A stretch of DNA of 64,000 nucleotides, taken from the NCBI GenBank assembly GCA_964016885.1, contig OZ024741.1:193316001-193380000 (forward strand), in the 5' to 3' direction. Positions 1 to 15,597 of the stretch are shown here, piece after piece. The position numbers were made by a program, and so were the translations under genes. Within the stretch, counting starts at the first letter, position 1. Every line of letters starts with the position of its first letter. The notes beneath the pieces were generated by a model that was given only the letters and a program-made list of their open reading frames with translations, ran no database searches and was not told the DNA's origin. Source of the stretch: Eledone cirrhosa (Eukaryota).

Positions 1-409
1 ATAGAATTAGACCCGTATTCTAATGATATCTATTCCTGGGCATATCGGATGTGAGTCCACTGCGGCTCTTAGGAATTATTAAACCTTTGTTTCTAAATTA
101 CCCACAACAGTATCCATACCTTTCTGTTCTAGGACTACGATTCCACGTAAAACTACATAGTTATTATTACCCACAATAGTATTATTACTTTTCTGTTCTA
201 GACCCACAATTTCATGCAAAACCACGTGGTTATAACTTTCCAAAGAAATGTCAAACGCTTCTTCTTTATATATATTTTGGTTTTCAGAATCTAGTCTAAT
301 AGCTTTTATTGCCCTAATACGTTTACTTTTAACTTTTTTTATGCGAAAATGTTTATTCTTAATACATGTTTCATCACAAAGTTGGCTTAAAACTATTGAA
401 CATTACATA

Positions 410-1015
410 AATATATAAAAGAAAGATGAAAACAAAATTAAGTAATGAGAAAATGGGGAAGGGGTACAAAAGGGCTGATCTGGCTGTAAAGCAAAGTAGA
501 GGAAAAGACTATAAATGCCATAAATGAGAGGATAGGGAGGGAAAGCAAAGGACTCTTCGGCCATAGAATAAAGGGAGGGGGAAGAGGAGAGGCTGATGGG
601 CTCTGGGGTAGTGTTTGAGCTGCACCTTGCGGACAAAACTGCAAAGGCATTTCCGTGGACAATGGCCTGCGACACCTGCTGCAACAGCCACCCCAGCTCG
701 TGGGGCTTCTTCCTCGGATTGGCTGCTGATGTTACAATTTTGCGGAGGGGCTCGGCAGTACAAAGTCTGAGGACGCCTGAGGTCTCAATGGCGACCGGTG
801 TGAAGAGAAATCTGCCAAACAATCGCGGTATTTATTTGCCTTCCCTTCCTCTGCATTGCGGACCGCAGTACCGGGGTTTGTGATCGAAGTGACTAAGCTA
901 GAGGCGGAGAAAGTGTCAGAACATATGTCCCAGATTAGGGATTTACCTCCTTCGAAGGGGAAGAGAGTAATTCCATTGGGGCGCTTGCCGTCTTCGCGGT
1001 CGAGGCCCGCTGGTT
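410..1015 (-). mobile_element. CRE-like non-LTR retrotransposon, 3' fragment (restriction-like endonuclease)
   Basis: Minus strand translates GLDREDGKRPNGITLFPFEGGKSLIWD...FTPVAIETSGVL...LLQQVSQAIVHGNAFAVL, the PD-(D/E)xK endonuclease C-terminus of CRE-type elements. It is frameshifted and homologous to the copies at 28.6, 30.2 and 42.9 kb. Confidence 0.8.
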
Positions 1016-2160
1016 ATAGAAGCGGAAATTGTCTTTTGATGTAATTCCTGCATTTTTCTTCGCTATTCACTTACCTGTTGTATGTATATAAAGTGATGAT
1101 GCAATTTTAATTGCTTGAATGTTGATGACATTAGATGTCATATTTGGAATTTTCATGTTTTTGCTATGCTGTCAAATAGTATTATATTTATTTTTACTCA
1201 ATTCCTGTATATTGTACGCTTTTTCTGGGATAACAGCAAGCTTTACGAATATTTACTCTCCTTTAAAATCAACGCAGCAAAGGGCTTTTTCTGGTGTCAA
1301 ATCAGGAATAAGTGAATTTATATATCCTTCGAAAAACTGCACAACGTACTAACGACCGGGAAGATGCACTGTCTATCGGCAGGTTTTCAAAATGTACTTT
1401 TTTTTTAATTAAGAGAGAATTTGAGAACCCTAAAATAGGTTGTAATTTAATCGATACTACGTAGTGCGTTGGTTGTTTGTTTGGTCCAGTGTCAGATTTC
1501 AAGTTTGACATCAAATAGGAAAGAGAATTAAAGCATTGGTTTCAACAGCTTGTATACAGAGAAGTATCTGGTGAAATGTTAGAGAGATAAAGAGGCAAAA
1601 GATGAACGCTAAAGTGAGAGTGCACTCGCGTTAACCTATGCATGCACACACATATACATATGCATACACAGAAACATGTAATTGTCGTCTGTTTTATAGA
1701 ATTTTGTACGAAGTTTCGGTTTTCTTTTCATTCTTTCCTCGTTCATTTTAACGAATAGAATAAACATATATCTAGCAGTGATTTGATATTCTTTTCAATA
1801 GAGTTTCTTTTACACTATCAATCGGCCACCAAGAAGCTGACCTCTGCAGCCTCATAGATAACGTTGATTCCTAGCATTTAAGATGTAGTCCACTGCTTTA
1901 CACAGACTCTGTGAGTCTCTCTCGCTCCATCTCGCCCCCCCCCCTCCCCCCTCGCTCATTCTATCTCGTTCCCCACTCCTTCTCTCTCTGTCGGCTAAGC
2001 CAGCAAAATTCCTCCCATCAACAGACATTTGATAAATACGATTTCTAATATTACCTTTGCAAGCAAACACGCATACACATCATCCCGATACATAACATCA
2101 CACAATTTATCTATGGTTATTTGTTATTCGTGTATTGACATATAACTTCGGCAAAAGTTA

Positions 2161-2485
2161 TGTAGCAGGAGTTGCCTCCCTTGTTGTGACACTCACATCC
2201 CCAATAGATTAACGCTCTCTAGACAGGAAGTAGAACCCTTTCTGTAACTTCCGGTCAGAACCCTATAAAACTAATAACGTTAAGCTCTCTATCTCTCATT
2301 TGCCCTTCCGGCGCCTGGCCTTCGCCAGGCGTCTTCTGCCAGCCACGTTCGCCTGGCAATCAAACGGTAACTAATAACTTTGCTTCATTCTTTCATCTAT
2401 TCATTGACATGTCAACTATACTGTTCTATATATCCACAAATTGTTAATTAAATATTATACACACAAACCACATCTCCTTGTTACA
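2161..2485 (+). mobile_element. Solo LTR (Gypsy-type)
   Basis: Starts TGTAGCAGGAG and ends CTCCTTGTTACA (TG...CA with short inverted termini), has an internal TATAAAA, and shares the block ctctctagaca..gaagtaga..acttccggt.agaa with the LTR at 7670. No clear TSD. Confidence 0.6.
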
Positions 2486-2629
2486 TTCATACAACCCAGT
2501 ATTTTGTTATAGTTATATTTAATAAATTAGCAACATAGCGGCTTTGTGTTATTGTGGTTTATATATTTCATTTCCTACGTGATTAAGGTAAATCACTTAC
2601 CCAAGGAACCACCATATCATCATCATAAT

Positions 2630-2815
2630 TGTTTCTACTTAAGGCACAAGGCCAGCAATTACCCAGTGCATTACTGGTACTTTATTTTATCGACCCTGTA
2701 AGGATGAAAGGCAAAGTCAACCTCGGCGAGATTTGAACTCAGATCGTAAAGGGACGTAACTATGCTGGAAAGCATGGCGTCCGACCCTCTACCGATACTG
2801 CCAATCCACCGCCCT
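2630..2815 (-). mobile_element. tRNA-derived SINE (Octopus-type, Meta-like core)
   Basis: Minus strand has a tRNA-like head (GGCGGTGGATTGGCAG...GAGTTCAAATC) and the core GACTTTGCCTTTCATCCTT..GGTCGATAAAATAAAGTACC. It is flanked by a 16-bp direct repeat ATATCATCATCATAAT (2614-2629, 2816-2831), read as the TSD. Confidence 0.9.
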
Positions 2816-3677
2816 ATATCATCATCATAATGAACACTGTTACACACTTACTTGCACACCCGCAGTCTCTGGCCACACACTATCGGGCACATCAATCTTC
2901 CCTTGCCTACACTCTATATGACATTGACCACACCACTGAGCAATCCGCATAAGTAGCTGTTTTCTTTAATAGAATGTTTAATAGTGTTTACACGTGAGCA
3001 GCATAATTAATTCTTTTAGTCGTAGTGAATTTATTTGTTTTTATTATTATATTCATACAAGATCATTTAGTTACCTACCATTAGTCCCAGTGGCAAACGT
3101 ATACTTGAAATGACCCCTCATATGTCGGGTAGCACTCCAGTAACTTAATAAAATGGCATTATCTTATTCAGTAACAAAAACTGATGCGTACTACACGGGC
3201 ACAGAAATAGTTGTCACAACTGTCTTTCGTAACTTTCACACCTGACACTTCAATTGACGTGTATAAAGCAGGACATCGCCTCTAATACATCTGCCAGCTT
3301 CTACACTGGCATGACCCCTACACGAACTTGTTACATGGTGTAGAGAATGATTGTTGTGTCAGTTAGCTAAATTCAGTTTAAAATACTTGTTATTTTAAGT
3401 TTTACTTTCTATACAAGATGTTAGGTACAAAGAATGATAAAATAAATGGAACAAAGAAATATGCAGTGAGATGAATATTTCACCAAGATAATTGGATTTC
3501 TTACAAACTAAGTAGGCATTCGTTCAATATATCTCAGTATCTACCTCAATCACCCACTCGCACTTTTCTTCACACTCCTTTCACTTACCCATCTCCCCCT
3601 CTCCCCTTTCTTTCTTTATATATATAAATCTCTCTTTCTCTCTCTCTCTCTTTCTTTCTCTCTCTCTCTCGCTGTAA

Positions 3678-4056
<379 letters not shown>

Positions 4057-4534
4057 ATATATATATATATAGAGAGAGAGAGAGATAGAGATATGAGTGT
4101 GTGTGTGTGTGAAACTCATGCTAGTCAACTTATCATTATATATGTGTGTGGTGTGTGTGTGTGCATAGAAATGTATATAAATAAAAATTGCATATAAAGA
4201 TAATGTATGTACACACATATATAACATACATAATTATATATAGTGTGTGTGAGTGTGTTTACAATTACTAATCAATGTGGCAAGAATGATAACTCAATAC
4301 TATAGTAGAAAATAATATATTCTTTATTAAAGTTAAGCATGAGTCTTGTTGCTCCGGAGATTCTCCTGCATACTCACAGATTCGTCAGAAATAAGTATGC
4401 ATGTATATATACATATATTTGGAGAGAGGCGATGGAGAGCTATGTGGATAGATAGATGCATTAGAGAAATACAGTCTGACAGTCAGACAAATAAATATAT
4501 ATCAGTTATATATCAGTATATTTATATAACGATT

Positions 4535-4748
4535 TCTAGTATAGGCACAAGGCCAGTAATTTGAAGGCGAGGGGAAAGTCGATTAAATTGACCCCAGTGC
4601 ATTACTGGTGCTTTATTTTATCGACCTGGTAAGGATTAAAGGCAAAGTTAACCTCGGCGGGATTTGAACTCAGGCCGTAAAGGGCCGTAACTCTATGCCG
4701 CAAAGCGTGTTGTCCGACTCTCTACCGATACTGCCAATCCACCGCCCT
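4535..4748 (-). mobile_element. tRNA-derived SINE, same family as 2630-2815
   Basis: Near-identical head and core sequence. Confidence 0.9.
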
Positions 4749-4843
4749 AGTTTATATATATATATATTAGCATAAAATATATAGGCATTTATATATAAAT
4801 ATTGTGTACAAGCAAAATCAAACACATACTAAATATATACACT

Positions 4844-4882
<39 letters not shown>

Positions 4883-6744
4883 GCATTAGTATGCATAAAA
4901 AGACATTTATTTATGTATGAGAATATATTCACTTATTTACAACCACAAACTCTTACTAATCTAATTATACATATGCTTATACACAGCCACATGCATATGC
5001 ATATATGTGTGCATGTGTGTACGTCTATTTTTGTATGGGCGTGAATACTCACTATTATAGTGTACTAGATACGATACATATATATATATCTATACAAACA
5101 CATACATATATATCAGTCTCATTGTCTATAGAATGTTCCACTCATATATCGATGAAACTACTCCATTTTATCAAGTGTACCATCATAATGGATCATTTTT
5201 CCTCAAGCCAAAGTTACTGCATATTCTTCCCCACTTATTCTAAAAATTGTTTCAATATTGGACAGTTTAAATTATCTTCAATATGAAGGGTCTTTTTTTT
5301 ATGTTACGACAGCGGGAAAGAAAAACAGAATGTCACACACACTAAACGTTTCTTTGCTCACATATTGTTGCCAGTATTGTGATTTGAATTATTTATCAAA
5401 CACGATGAAATTCCTTTTCTGTTATATTACACTTTCCGAGGAAAAGGTGCTTTATCTTTCAACCAAAATGGTTGACAATGAAGCTTGATGGGCAAATGCT
5501 TCTATTTTCCTAGAAACTGTAAACACAGAGAACTAGACTCCAATAAAGGGAGGGTGCCATTCCCGAAAATCAGAATTCTCTTACTTTGATCCTATTCACT
5601 GATAGTTCTGGTGGCTTTTACTCATAGGTCTAAGTTGCTGTTGCTATAGATATTGTTGTTTTTGTTTCTTGTATTGTTTGTAAACACATATGTGCTCTGA
5701 TTGGGCAAACTTGTAGTCAAGGTTATTCCAACCATGATCATCGCAGCTTTGTCTTATTTGCAGAAAACCTAGGAAGGCATTATCCAAAATATCTTAGAGG
5801 TTGAGTTGTTACGTAGACGCTCTTTAGTTGTCAAATCATATTTCTGGTGATTCCCAGGACTGAATCTGGTGGAATTCCACTCAGAAATCTGATGATTATT
5901 AGTTGGAGGAAGGAGGTGCTAGTGAAATTCCACTTAAAGATCTGGTGATTTATATTGATACATCTAGTGATTTCGTTTTCATTTGACATCAGCAAAGAAT
6001 TTGACCACAACTGACACGTGATTCCCTTCTCAAAAACTGCCCTCGGCTCGGTGGATGTATATAAGATCACATCATCACAGTGTTTACAAATTGAATTCTC
6101 TCTGATTAGCAGTCTATCAACTCTGTTATGTCCTAAAGTTTGGTTTTGTTCCCAACACTTTCCTCTTACGCATACACAACCTACTTGCTGTCATCTTCAA
6201 CAACGCCGCTTACTCCTGTGCAAGTGAAACAACCAGCCATTCCAGTTAACCTTCAGCACACAAGCTTTATCCTCATGTAACCGAGACACGTCATGTAAAC
6301 CCTCATTGATACAATGGATCAAAGACATTTAAAACATTCTCCAATAAGGTTATGAAAACCCTGTCTCATTCAGCAGCAGAAATGCACAATATTGTGAACA
6401 GCACGTCACTACACACTTGAGATCGGTACAAAAGCTAGGATTTTACTATCACAGAAGATCTCTCCTGAGGAACTCATATCCTGAACAATCATAAAGAACA
6501 GACTTTCTCTTCAAGACCAAAAAAACATCTTAGCCACCAAAATACTAACAGTCTATAAATTAAAGGTAAGACCCACAAGGATGTTATATATAAGTTTATG
6601 AATTATCAATGTGTTGGGGATTTGAAATTTTTACAAATGTAGGGATCACAAATGCATGGAAAACTGTAGCAAAAGTCGATCACTGTAAATAATAGTTTAG
6701 AAAGTCGGGACATTTCTTCGACTCTGGAGACACACACAGACACG

Positions 6745-7045
6745 TGTGATTGTCGTGGAGACAGAGCCTTCAAATATTCCTTCCAGCAGGTCCTGTCAGA
6801 AGCAACCATCTCCTCCAACTGATCCGGCTGCGTCCCCAAGCGAGACTAGCCAAGCTCATGGATGTTATCCAAACATCTTGCTCGGGGTCTACCTCTGGGT
6901 CATCTGTCGGTTGGTTTTGCCCGTAAAATCTGTCCAACAATTCTTTCCTTACACATTCTAACTACATGCCCATAGTATCAGAGCTGTGATCTCTCAATTC
7001 AGAGAAGTATCAGCTCCATCTGGAGTGACTCTCTGATCTCCGAGC
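6745..7045 (-). mobile_element. RTE-clade LINE 3' fragment
   Basis: The reverse complement aligns with 43800-44095 (agagagtcactcc...ttgagagatcacagctc...cccagaggtagaccc...gatcagtt). Confidence 0.75.
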
Positions 7046-7915
7046 TACGCACTCCATCGAGTGATGTTACTCCAAAGACCCACAGTGGCTGTTAATGGTC
7101 GAAAAGAGACAATATCCATTGGCAGAGCAAAGAGGGCTTTCTCTGAAAGTCTCATTACATTGCCTGACATACCTCGTACATTCACTCCCACACCAATACC
7201 TTCACCTCCACCGCAAACACCACATACCACACAACCTTATGTCACACGAAGTGGCAGAACAGTAAAATGGCCAAGTAAATTGTCAAAAACTATATACATT
7301 TAAACCCTAGTGGCATGATAGAATTAGTGTCAGAAAAGTCTGAACACTGGTGATGTATGAACTATTTGATTTTTGAAGAAACTTTGAACTAACCATTGAG
7401 CATTAATTTTTCTCTGCTCCTTTATATTACCTTTGAAATATCAGTTTTGTGACATTTACATTATTTCTGCATCATCCATGTGCAGCAAAAAATTTATTCT
7501 TTGTAAAATGCATTCACTTGTTTTGTACCTTTTTGCTGTTTGCTTCAGTTGCGAGCTTATGTTTTATTCATGCACTTTCTTGTACCTTTGATTTGCTCCT
7601 CATTCATTACAGGTTCTCGCTACAATGACCTTGCGTTGGTTATTCGACTTCTCGTCTGAGAGGGGGTCTTGTAGCACTCTCTAGACAAAGGGAAGTAGAT
7701 AGAGTTACTTCCGGTAGAATTCTAGAGTATTCCTTGAACTTCCGTTCTAGGAATTATAAAGGAGAGAGCAAAGAGCAATCTCCCTTCTTTGGCGACAGGC
7801 TCTTGACTGTTCACACACGAGCGCAAATACACAAAAGTTTTTTTATATCTGTTATCTAATTAAATTAGTGGTTGGCCTGCAGTGGTGTTTACTGAAGTAA
7901 ATAACCCTGTGACCA
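7046..7915 (+). mobile_element. Gypsy LTR retrotransposon 3' end (integrase C-terminus, PPT, partial 3' LTR)
   Basis: VNGRKETISIGRAKRAF...YVTRSGRTVKWP resembles the Gypsy integrase tail (DTVSIDRLKPA...TRSGR). The polypurine tract GAGAGGGGG at ~7658 is followed by TGTAGCA at 7670. The LTR is cut off by the satellite. Confidence 0.7.
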
Positions 7916-7919
7916 ACTC

Positions 7920-10900
7920 ACTAAACATCTAATTACCACAACCATATCTATTTACTACAGCTATTTACCACAACCACGTCTAGTTACCACAACCACATCC
8001 AGTTACCACAACAACATCTTCCACAAACATTTATTTCCCACATCTAGTTACTACATGTAGTTACCACAACCACATCTAATTACCACAACCATATCTATTT
8101 ACCACAGCTATTTACCACAACTACGTCTAGTTACCACAACTAGTTACCACAGCCTCATCTACGTACCACAATTAGTTAGTAGTTCCCAGAGAGTAAGTAG
8201 TTCCTCCATCCAGTTACCACAACCACATAGTTAACACATCTAGTTACTACATGTAGTTCCCACATCTGGTTACCACATCTATTTACCACAAACAAATTCA
8301 GTTACCACAACCACATCCCATTACCCCATCCAGATCTAGTTACCACGACCACATTTTTTACCACATCTAGTTGCCATAACCACATCTAATTACTATATCT
8401 AGTTACCACAACCATATCTAGTTAACACAACCATATCTAATTACGATATCTAGTTACCACAACCATATCTAGTTACCACAACCAACCACATCTAATTACC
8501 ATATCTAGTACACAACAACCATACTAGTCAACACAACCACATTTAATTACCATATCTAGTTACCACAACCATATCTAGTTAAGACAACCACATCTAATTA
8601 CCATATCTAGTTACCACAACCACATCTAGTTATAATAACCACATCTAGTTACAATATCTAGTTACCACACCCATATCTATTTAAAATATCTATTTACCAC
8701 AACCATATCTATTTACGATATCTAGTTACCACAACCATGTCCAGTTAGTAAATCTAGTTACCACAGGTAGTTATCACAAACACATCTACTTGCCACATCT
8801 GATTACTACATCTAGTTACCATCACAACAAGTACTGACCACATCTAGTTACCACATGTAGTTCCCACAACCACATCTGGTGACTACAATCTCATCTATTT
8901 ACCACATCTAGTTATGACATCTAGTTACCACAATGACATCTGGTTAACACAAACAAATCTAGTTACCACATCTAACTAGCACATCTATATCTAGTCCCCA
9001 CAATGATAGCTAGTTACCACAACCACATCTAGTTACCACAACCACATCTAGTTACCATAACCACATCTAGTTACCACAACCACATCTAGTTACTACATCT
9101 AGTTACCACAACCACATCTATTTACCACAACCACATCTAGTTACCACATTTAGTTACCACAACCACATCTAGTTACCATAACCACATCTAGTTACTACAT
9201 CTAGTTATAACAACAACATCTAGTTACTACATCTAGTTACCACATCCACATCTAGTTACCACATTTAGTTACCACAACCACATCTAGTTACCACATCTAG
9301 TTACCACAACCATATCTAGTAACGACAACCACATCTAGTTACCACATCTAGTTACCACAACCACATCTAGTTACCACAATTAGTTACCACATCTAGTTAC
9401 CACAACCACATCTAGTTACCACATCTAGTTACCGCATCCACATCTAGTTACCACAACCGCATCTTGTTACCACATCTAGTTTCCACAACCACATCTTGTT
9501 AACACAACCACATCTAGTTACCACAACCACATCTTGTTACCACATCTATTTACCACAACCACATCTAGTTACCACGTGTAGTTACCACAACCACATCGAG
9601 ATACCACATCTAGTTACCACATCTAGTTACCACAACCACATCTAGTTACTACATCTAGTTACCACAACCACATCTAGTTACCACAACCACATCTAGTTAC
9701 CACATGTAGTTCCCACAACCACATCTGGTGACTACAGTCTCATCTATTTACCACATCTAGTTACGACATCTAGTTACCACAATGATAGCTAGTTACCACA
9801 ACCACATCTACTTACCACATGTAGGTCCCACATCTAGTTACCACAACCACATCTAGTTACCACATTTAGTTACCACAACCACATCTAGTTACCACATCTA
9901 GTTACCACATCTAGTTACCACAACCATATCTAGTTACCACAACCACATCTAGTTACCACATCTAGTTACCACAACCACATCTAGTTACCACAAGTAGTTA
10001 CCACATCTAGTTACCACAACCACATCTAGTTACCACATCTAGTTACCGCATCCACATCTAGTTACCACAACCACATCTAGTTATCACATCTATGTACCAC
10101 AACCACATCTAGTTACCACATCTAGTTTCCACAACCACATCTTGTTAACACAACCACATCTAGTTACGACAACCACTTCTTGTTACCACATCTATTTACC
10201 ACAACCACATCTAGTTACCACATGTAGTTACCACAACCACATCGAGTTACCACTTCTAGTTACCACATCTGGTTACCACAACCACATCTAGTTACCACAT
10301 CTATTTACCACAACCACATCTATTTACCACAACCACATCTAGTTACCACATGTAGTTACCACAACCACATCGTGTTACCACATCTAGTTACCACAACCAC
10401 ATCTAGTTATCACATCTATGTACCACAACCACATCTAGTTTCCACAACCACATCTTGTTACCACATCTATTTACCACATCTAGTTACCACAACCACATCT
10501 AGTTACCACATCTAGTTACCACATCTAGTTACCACATCTAGTTACCACATATAGTTACCACATATAGTTACCACATCTAATTACCACATTTATTTACCAC
10601 ATCTAGTTCCCACATCTAGTTACTACAACCACATCTAGTTACCACACCTAATTACCACATGTAGTTACCACATCTAGTTACCACATCTAGTTACCACACT
10701 AGCTACCACATCTAGTTACCACATCTAATTACCACATCTAATTACCACATCTAATTACCACATCTAGTTACCACATCTAGTTACCACATCTAATTACCAC
10801 ATCTAATTACCACATCTAATTACCACATGTAGTTACCACATCTAGTTACCACATCTAGCTACCACATCTAGTTACCACATCTAATTACGACATCTAATTA

Positions 10901-13640
10901 CCACATCTAATTACCACATCTAATTACCACATCTAGTTACCACATCTAGTTATCACATGTCGTCACCACACCTAGTTACCACATCTAGCTACCACATCTA
11001 ATTACCGTATCTAGTTACCACATCTAGCTACCACATCTAGTTACCACATCTAGCTACCACATCTAGATACCACATCTAATTACCACATCTAGTTTCCACA
11101 TCTTATTACCACATCTAGTTTCCACATCTAATTACCACATCTAGTTAACACATCTAATTACCACATCTAGTTACCACATCTAGTTCCCACATCTAGTTAC
11201 CACAACCACATCTAGTTACCACATCTAGTTACCACATTTATTTTCCATCTTGGTTGTCCATCGTGAACGATGATAAAATCTTCTTTATTTTAGTTCCCGT
11301 CTGCCGTGGGCACAAAGGTCGCTGTGGAGGCCGATCCTTGACTTGCAGGTCCGGGGACAGTGGGGGCAGAGAAAGAGACTGGAGTCGCCTGGTGCAGCTG
11401 TTGATGCCTTTCTTTTCCTTTCACGGGCCTCAGTGACCAATCTCCGTCTCTTCTCTTCAAAAGAGTCTTTGGCGCGTCTGGTAAGGGCTCGCCACTCAGT
11501 CCTGTCCTGAGCATGGGGCTCGAGTTGTTTTGGGGCGATTCCAGTGTTGTTGATACTGGACTTCACGCAGTCTTTGAACCTCTTGAGAGGCCTTCCCCGC
11601 TTTCGTTTTCTCGAACAGAGTTCCCCATACATCAGTTGCTTAGGAAACCTGTGATCGTCCATCCGGATGACATGTCCCACCCATCGAAGTCGGCTCTTCA
11701 GTACCATAGCTTCGACACTGGTTGTCTCAGCCATGTCAAGAGCTTCGAGGTTGGAGACCTTGTCCTGCCATTTGATGTTCATGATTTTCCGTAACCACGG
11801 CTAATTCCCACAGCTTCATCTAGCTACCATATCTAGTTTCACATCTAGTTACCGCAACCACATCTAGTTACAATATATAGTTACCACATCTAGTTACCAT
11901 ATCTAGTTACTACATTTAGTTACCACAACCACATCAAATTAGTACATATAATTACCACAACTATTTACCACAACCATATCTAATTACCCCATCTATTTAC
12001 CTAAACCACATGCAGTTACCAAATTTAGTTACCACATCTTATCAGCACAACTTCATCTAGTGAACACATGTAGTTACGTCAACCAAATCTAGTTACCACA
12101 ACCAAATTTAGTTACCACTACCACATCTATTTAATACAAACAAATCTAGTTACCACATCAAGTTACCACATCTAGTTTCCACAACAACATCCAGTTAACA
12201 CAACCACATCTAGTTAAGACATCTAGTAACCTCAACCACATCTAGGTGCCACATGTATTTACCACATATAGTTGCCATAACCACATGTAGTTACCACAAC
12301 TAGTTTCCAAATCTAGTTACCACAAGCATATCTAGTTACCAGAACCACATCTAGTTACAACAAATACATCTAGTAAACATTTCTAGTTAAGACATAAAGT
12401 TAACTAAACCAAATCTAGTTACCATATCTAGTTACAACAACCGCATCTAGTTACTGCAACCACATTTAGTTACCACAACCACATCTAGTTACCACATCTA
12501 GTTACCACATTTACTTACCACAACCACATCTAGTTTCCACATCTAATTAACGCAACCATATATAGTTACCACCTGTAGTTACCACAACCACATCTAGTCT
12601 CCACATCCAGTTAACACAACCATATATAATAACCACCTGTAGTTACCACAACCACAGCTTGTTATCACATCTATTTTCCACAAACATTTCGTTGTTACAA
12701 CGACCGCATCCACTTACCATATATAGTTACCATATCTGGTTACCATATCTAGTTACCACATCTGGTTTTCACATCTAGTTTCCAAATCTAGTTACCATAT
12801 ATAGTTACCACATATAGATACCACAACAAGTTACCACAACCACCTGTAGTTACCACATCTAGTTACCACATCTATATAACACATCTAGTTACCTCATCTA
12901 GTTACCACATCTAGTTACCACATCTAGTTACCTCAAGCACATCTAGTTACCACATCTAGTTAACTAAAACCACATCTAGTTAGCACATCAGGTTAAAACG
13001 TCTAGTTAACACATCTAGTTACCACAACCACATTTAGTTACCAGATCTAGTTACCACAACCACATCTAATTACCCAAACCACATCTAGTTGCCACAACTA
13101 GATCTAGTAACCATATCTAGTTAAGACATCAGTTACCTCAACCACATCTAGTTACCACAACCACATTTACTTACCACAACCACATTTAGTTACCATATCC
13201 ATTTACCACAACCACATCTAGTAACCACATCTTGTTACCACAACCGCATCTAACTACCACATCTAGATACAATGGCTTGTTACCACATTTAGTTACCACA
13301 ACCACATCTAGTCTCCACATCTAGTTAACACAACCATATATAATAACCACCTGTAGTTACCACAACCACATCTTGTTATCACATCTATTTCCCACACACA
13401 TATCTTGTTACAACAACCACATCCAGTTACCATATCTGGTTACCCTATCTAGTTACCATATCTAGTTACCACATCTAGTTACCACATCTAGTTACCACAT
13501 CTAGTTTCCACATCTAGTTTCCACATCTATTTCCCACAACCATATCATGTTACAACAACCACGCCCAGTTACAATATCTAGTTACCACAACTACCTCTAG
13601 ATACTACAACTAATTACCACACCTTCTTCTAGTTACCATA
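7920..13640. repeat. Satellite of interspersed 13-bp (TAGTTACCACATC) and 19-bp (TAGTTACCACAACCACATC) monomers
   Basis: Read directly. It has a homogeneous core and degenerate edges, and is interrupted by an RTE fragment at ~11243-11795. Confidence 0.97.
11243..11795 (-). mobile_element. RTE (BovB-like) LINE, 5'-truncated 3' end
   Basis: ORF 11285-11782 reads IKWQDKVSN...RLRWVGHVIRMDDHRFPKQLMYGEL..GRPLKRFKD...CPHCPRTCKSRIGLHS. Confidence 0.92.
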
Positions 13641-14099
13641 TTTAGAAAATCGTGTAAAATACTACTATATGACCAGTTGCCCACTAGGAAGAATTGCACA
13701 TCCTATCTTTCATTTAGCTAATTATACATATTATTAGAATTATATGTACATCTTTTGTACATTTTATGTAAAGCATCGAACTTGCAAAGCGCTGAAGAAT
13801 TACGAATTTCATAGAAATAGCTGTAAATACAGTCAATTGCTGTAAATATTAGCTCAGAAAATCTTCTGCTCCTCTTCATTAAAAAACAAACCGTGAATCC
13901 GTATAATTAGCAGAAAGTGCAATAACAACGGTCATTCGTGTTACAATAATAACTTCAAACACACACTCCACATCCACGTGTCCGTATATTCCTCGAAAAT
14001 CTATCTCTACTAAAGAACTCAAAGACAAGGACACTCGATGAAATATACGCACCATCCACATAGACCATGATTTGGACCCTTTCATTCCACCAAATACTA

Positions 14100-14808
14100 A
14101 AAAAAAAAAACCCACCATCACCAAAACCAACAACACTATTACAACCTTCACAACCAGCACCCCTCCATCGTTACTACTACCACCATCACCATCATCATCA
14201 TCATCACTATCCCTGCCACCATCGCGACCAGCACAATCAGTATAACTACAAAAAAATACCATCACCATCATCATTTTTCTACCGTAGACCAAACCACAAC
14301 CAGTATTATTGCAGAAACCACCACCAAAAATATTATTACCACTATGATAACCAGTACCACCCCTAATACTATTAATCCTGCCGAGGTTAACTTTGCCTTC
14401 CATCCTTACGGGGTCGATAAATAAAGTACCAGTAATGTACAGGGTAATTGCTGGCCTTGTGTCAAAAGTAGAAACAACTATTATATCCACTCTCTCCGTC
14501 AATATCCTACTATCACCACGACCATCATCATCCCTTAACCTCCACTATAACTACCACTACCACAGCCATAATCATCACTACCACCACAGTAAGATTACCA
14601 CTATCATAACCACCACTACGATAACCTCTTCTTCTAACCATAACCATCAACACCACCAATATCAACACTACCACCCCCCACGCCCCACCCCCACAGTAAC
14701 ACCCATCGCTACCATAACCCCCATCTCTACCATCAGCCCCCGCAATATTAACACAAATGCCACTATCATCATCATCAACGCAACCATAACCTCTATCACA
14801 ATTACCAC

Positions 14809-14852
<44 letters not shown>

Positions 14853-14872
14853 CCACCATCACAACCACAACC

Positions 14873-14905
<33 letters not shown>

Positions 14906-15233
14906 GTAATCGTCAAAGTACCACAGTAACAGTAGCACTTCACAAACAACTTAAAACAGTTAGGGTTACCAATAACAACAAGGACGTTTGCCAAACCGTG
15001 ACCACCTACACAAATATTAGAGATGGCAAGAGCTAGCCACCAACACTTATTGTTGCAACCACTGCCACCACTACCATCATTGTTACTACCACCGTAATCA
15101 CTACCACCACCAGCACCAACACTATCACTACTACCACCACCACCACCAACAACACCACCACCACCACCACCACCACAAGGACCACTACCACCACCACAAC
15201 CACCACCACCACCACCACCACTAGCTCCACCGT

Positions 15234-15291
<58 letters not shown>

Positions 15292-15562
15292 GCTACTGCT
15301 GCTGCTGCTGCTACCCTGAATACCACTACCACCACCACCACCACCACCACCACCTCCACCGTTACTACCACCACCACCACTACTACTACTACTAATACTA
15401 CTACTAATACTAATACTACTGCTAATACTACTACTACTACTACTGCTGCTGCTGCTACCCTGAATACCACTACCACCACCACCACCAGCTCCACCGTTAC
15501 TACCACCACCACTACTACTACTACTAATACTAGTACTACTAATACTACTACTGCTACTACTG

Positions 15563-15597
<35 letters not shown>

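Noticed and set aside
1060-1085. Minus-strand splice donor (CAG|GTAAGT) suggesting a host exon
   Set aside because: No matching acceptor or coding-like sequence upstream, and such motifs arise by chance.
2720-2815. tRNA gene
   Set aside because: A/B-box-like head of a SINE, followed by the SINE core and a TSD, with no cloverleaf.
7920-13640. Telomeric repeat or coding mucin-like repeat
   Set aside because: The unit is not TTAGGG-like, and the 13/19-bp monomers contain TAG/TAA stops and are not multiples of three.
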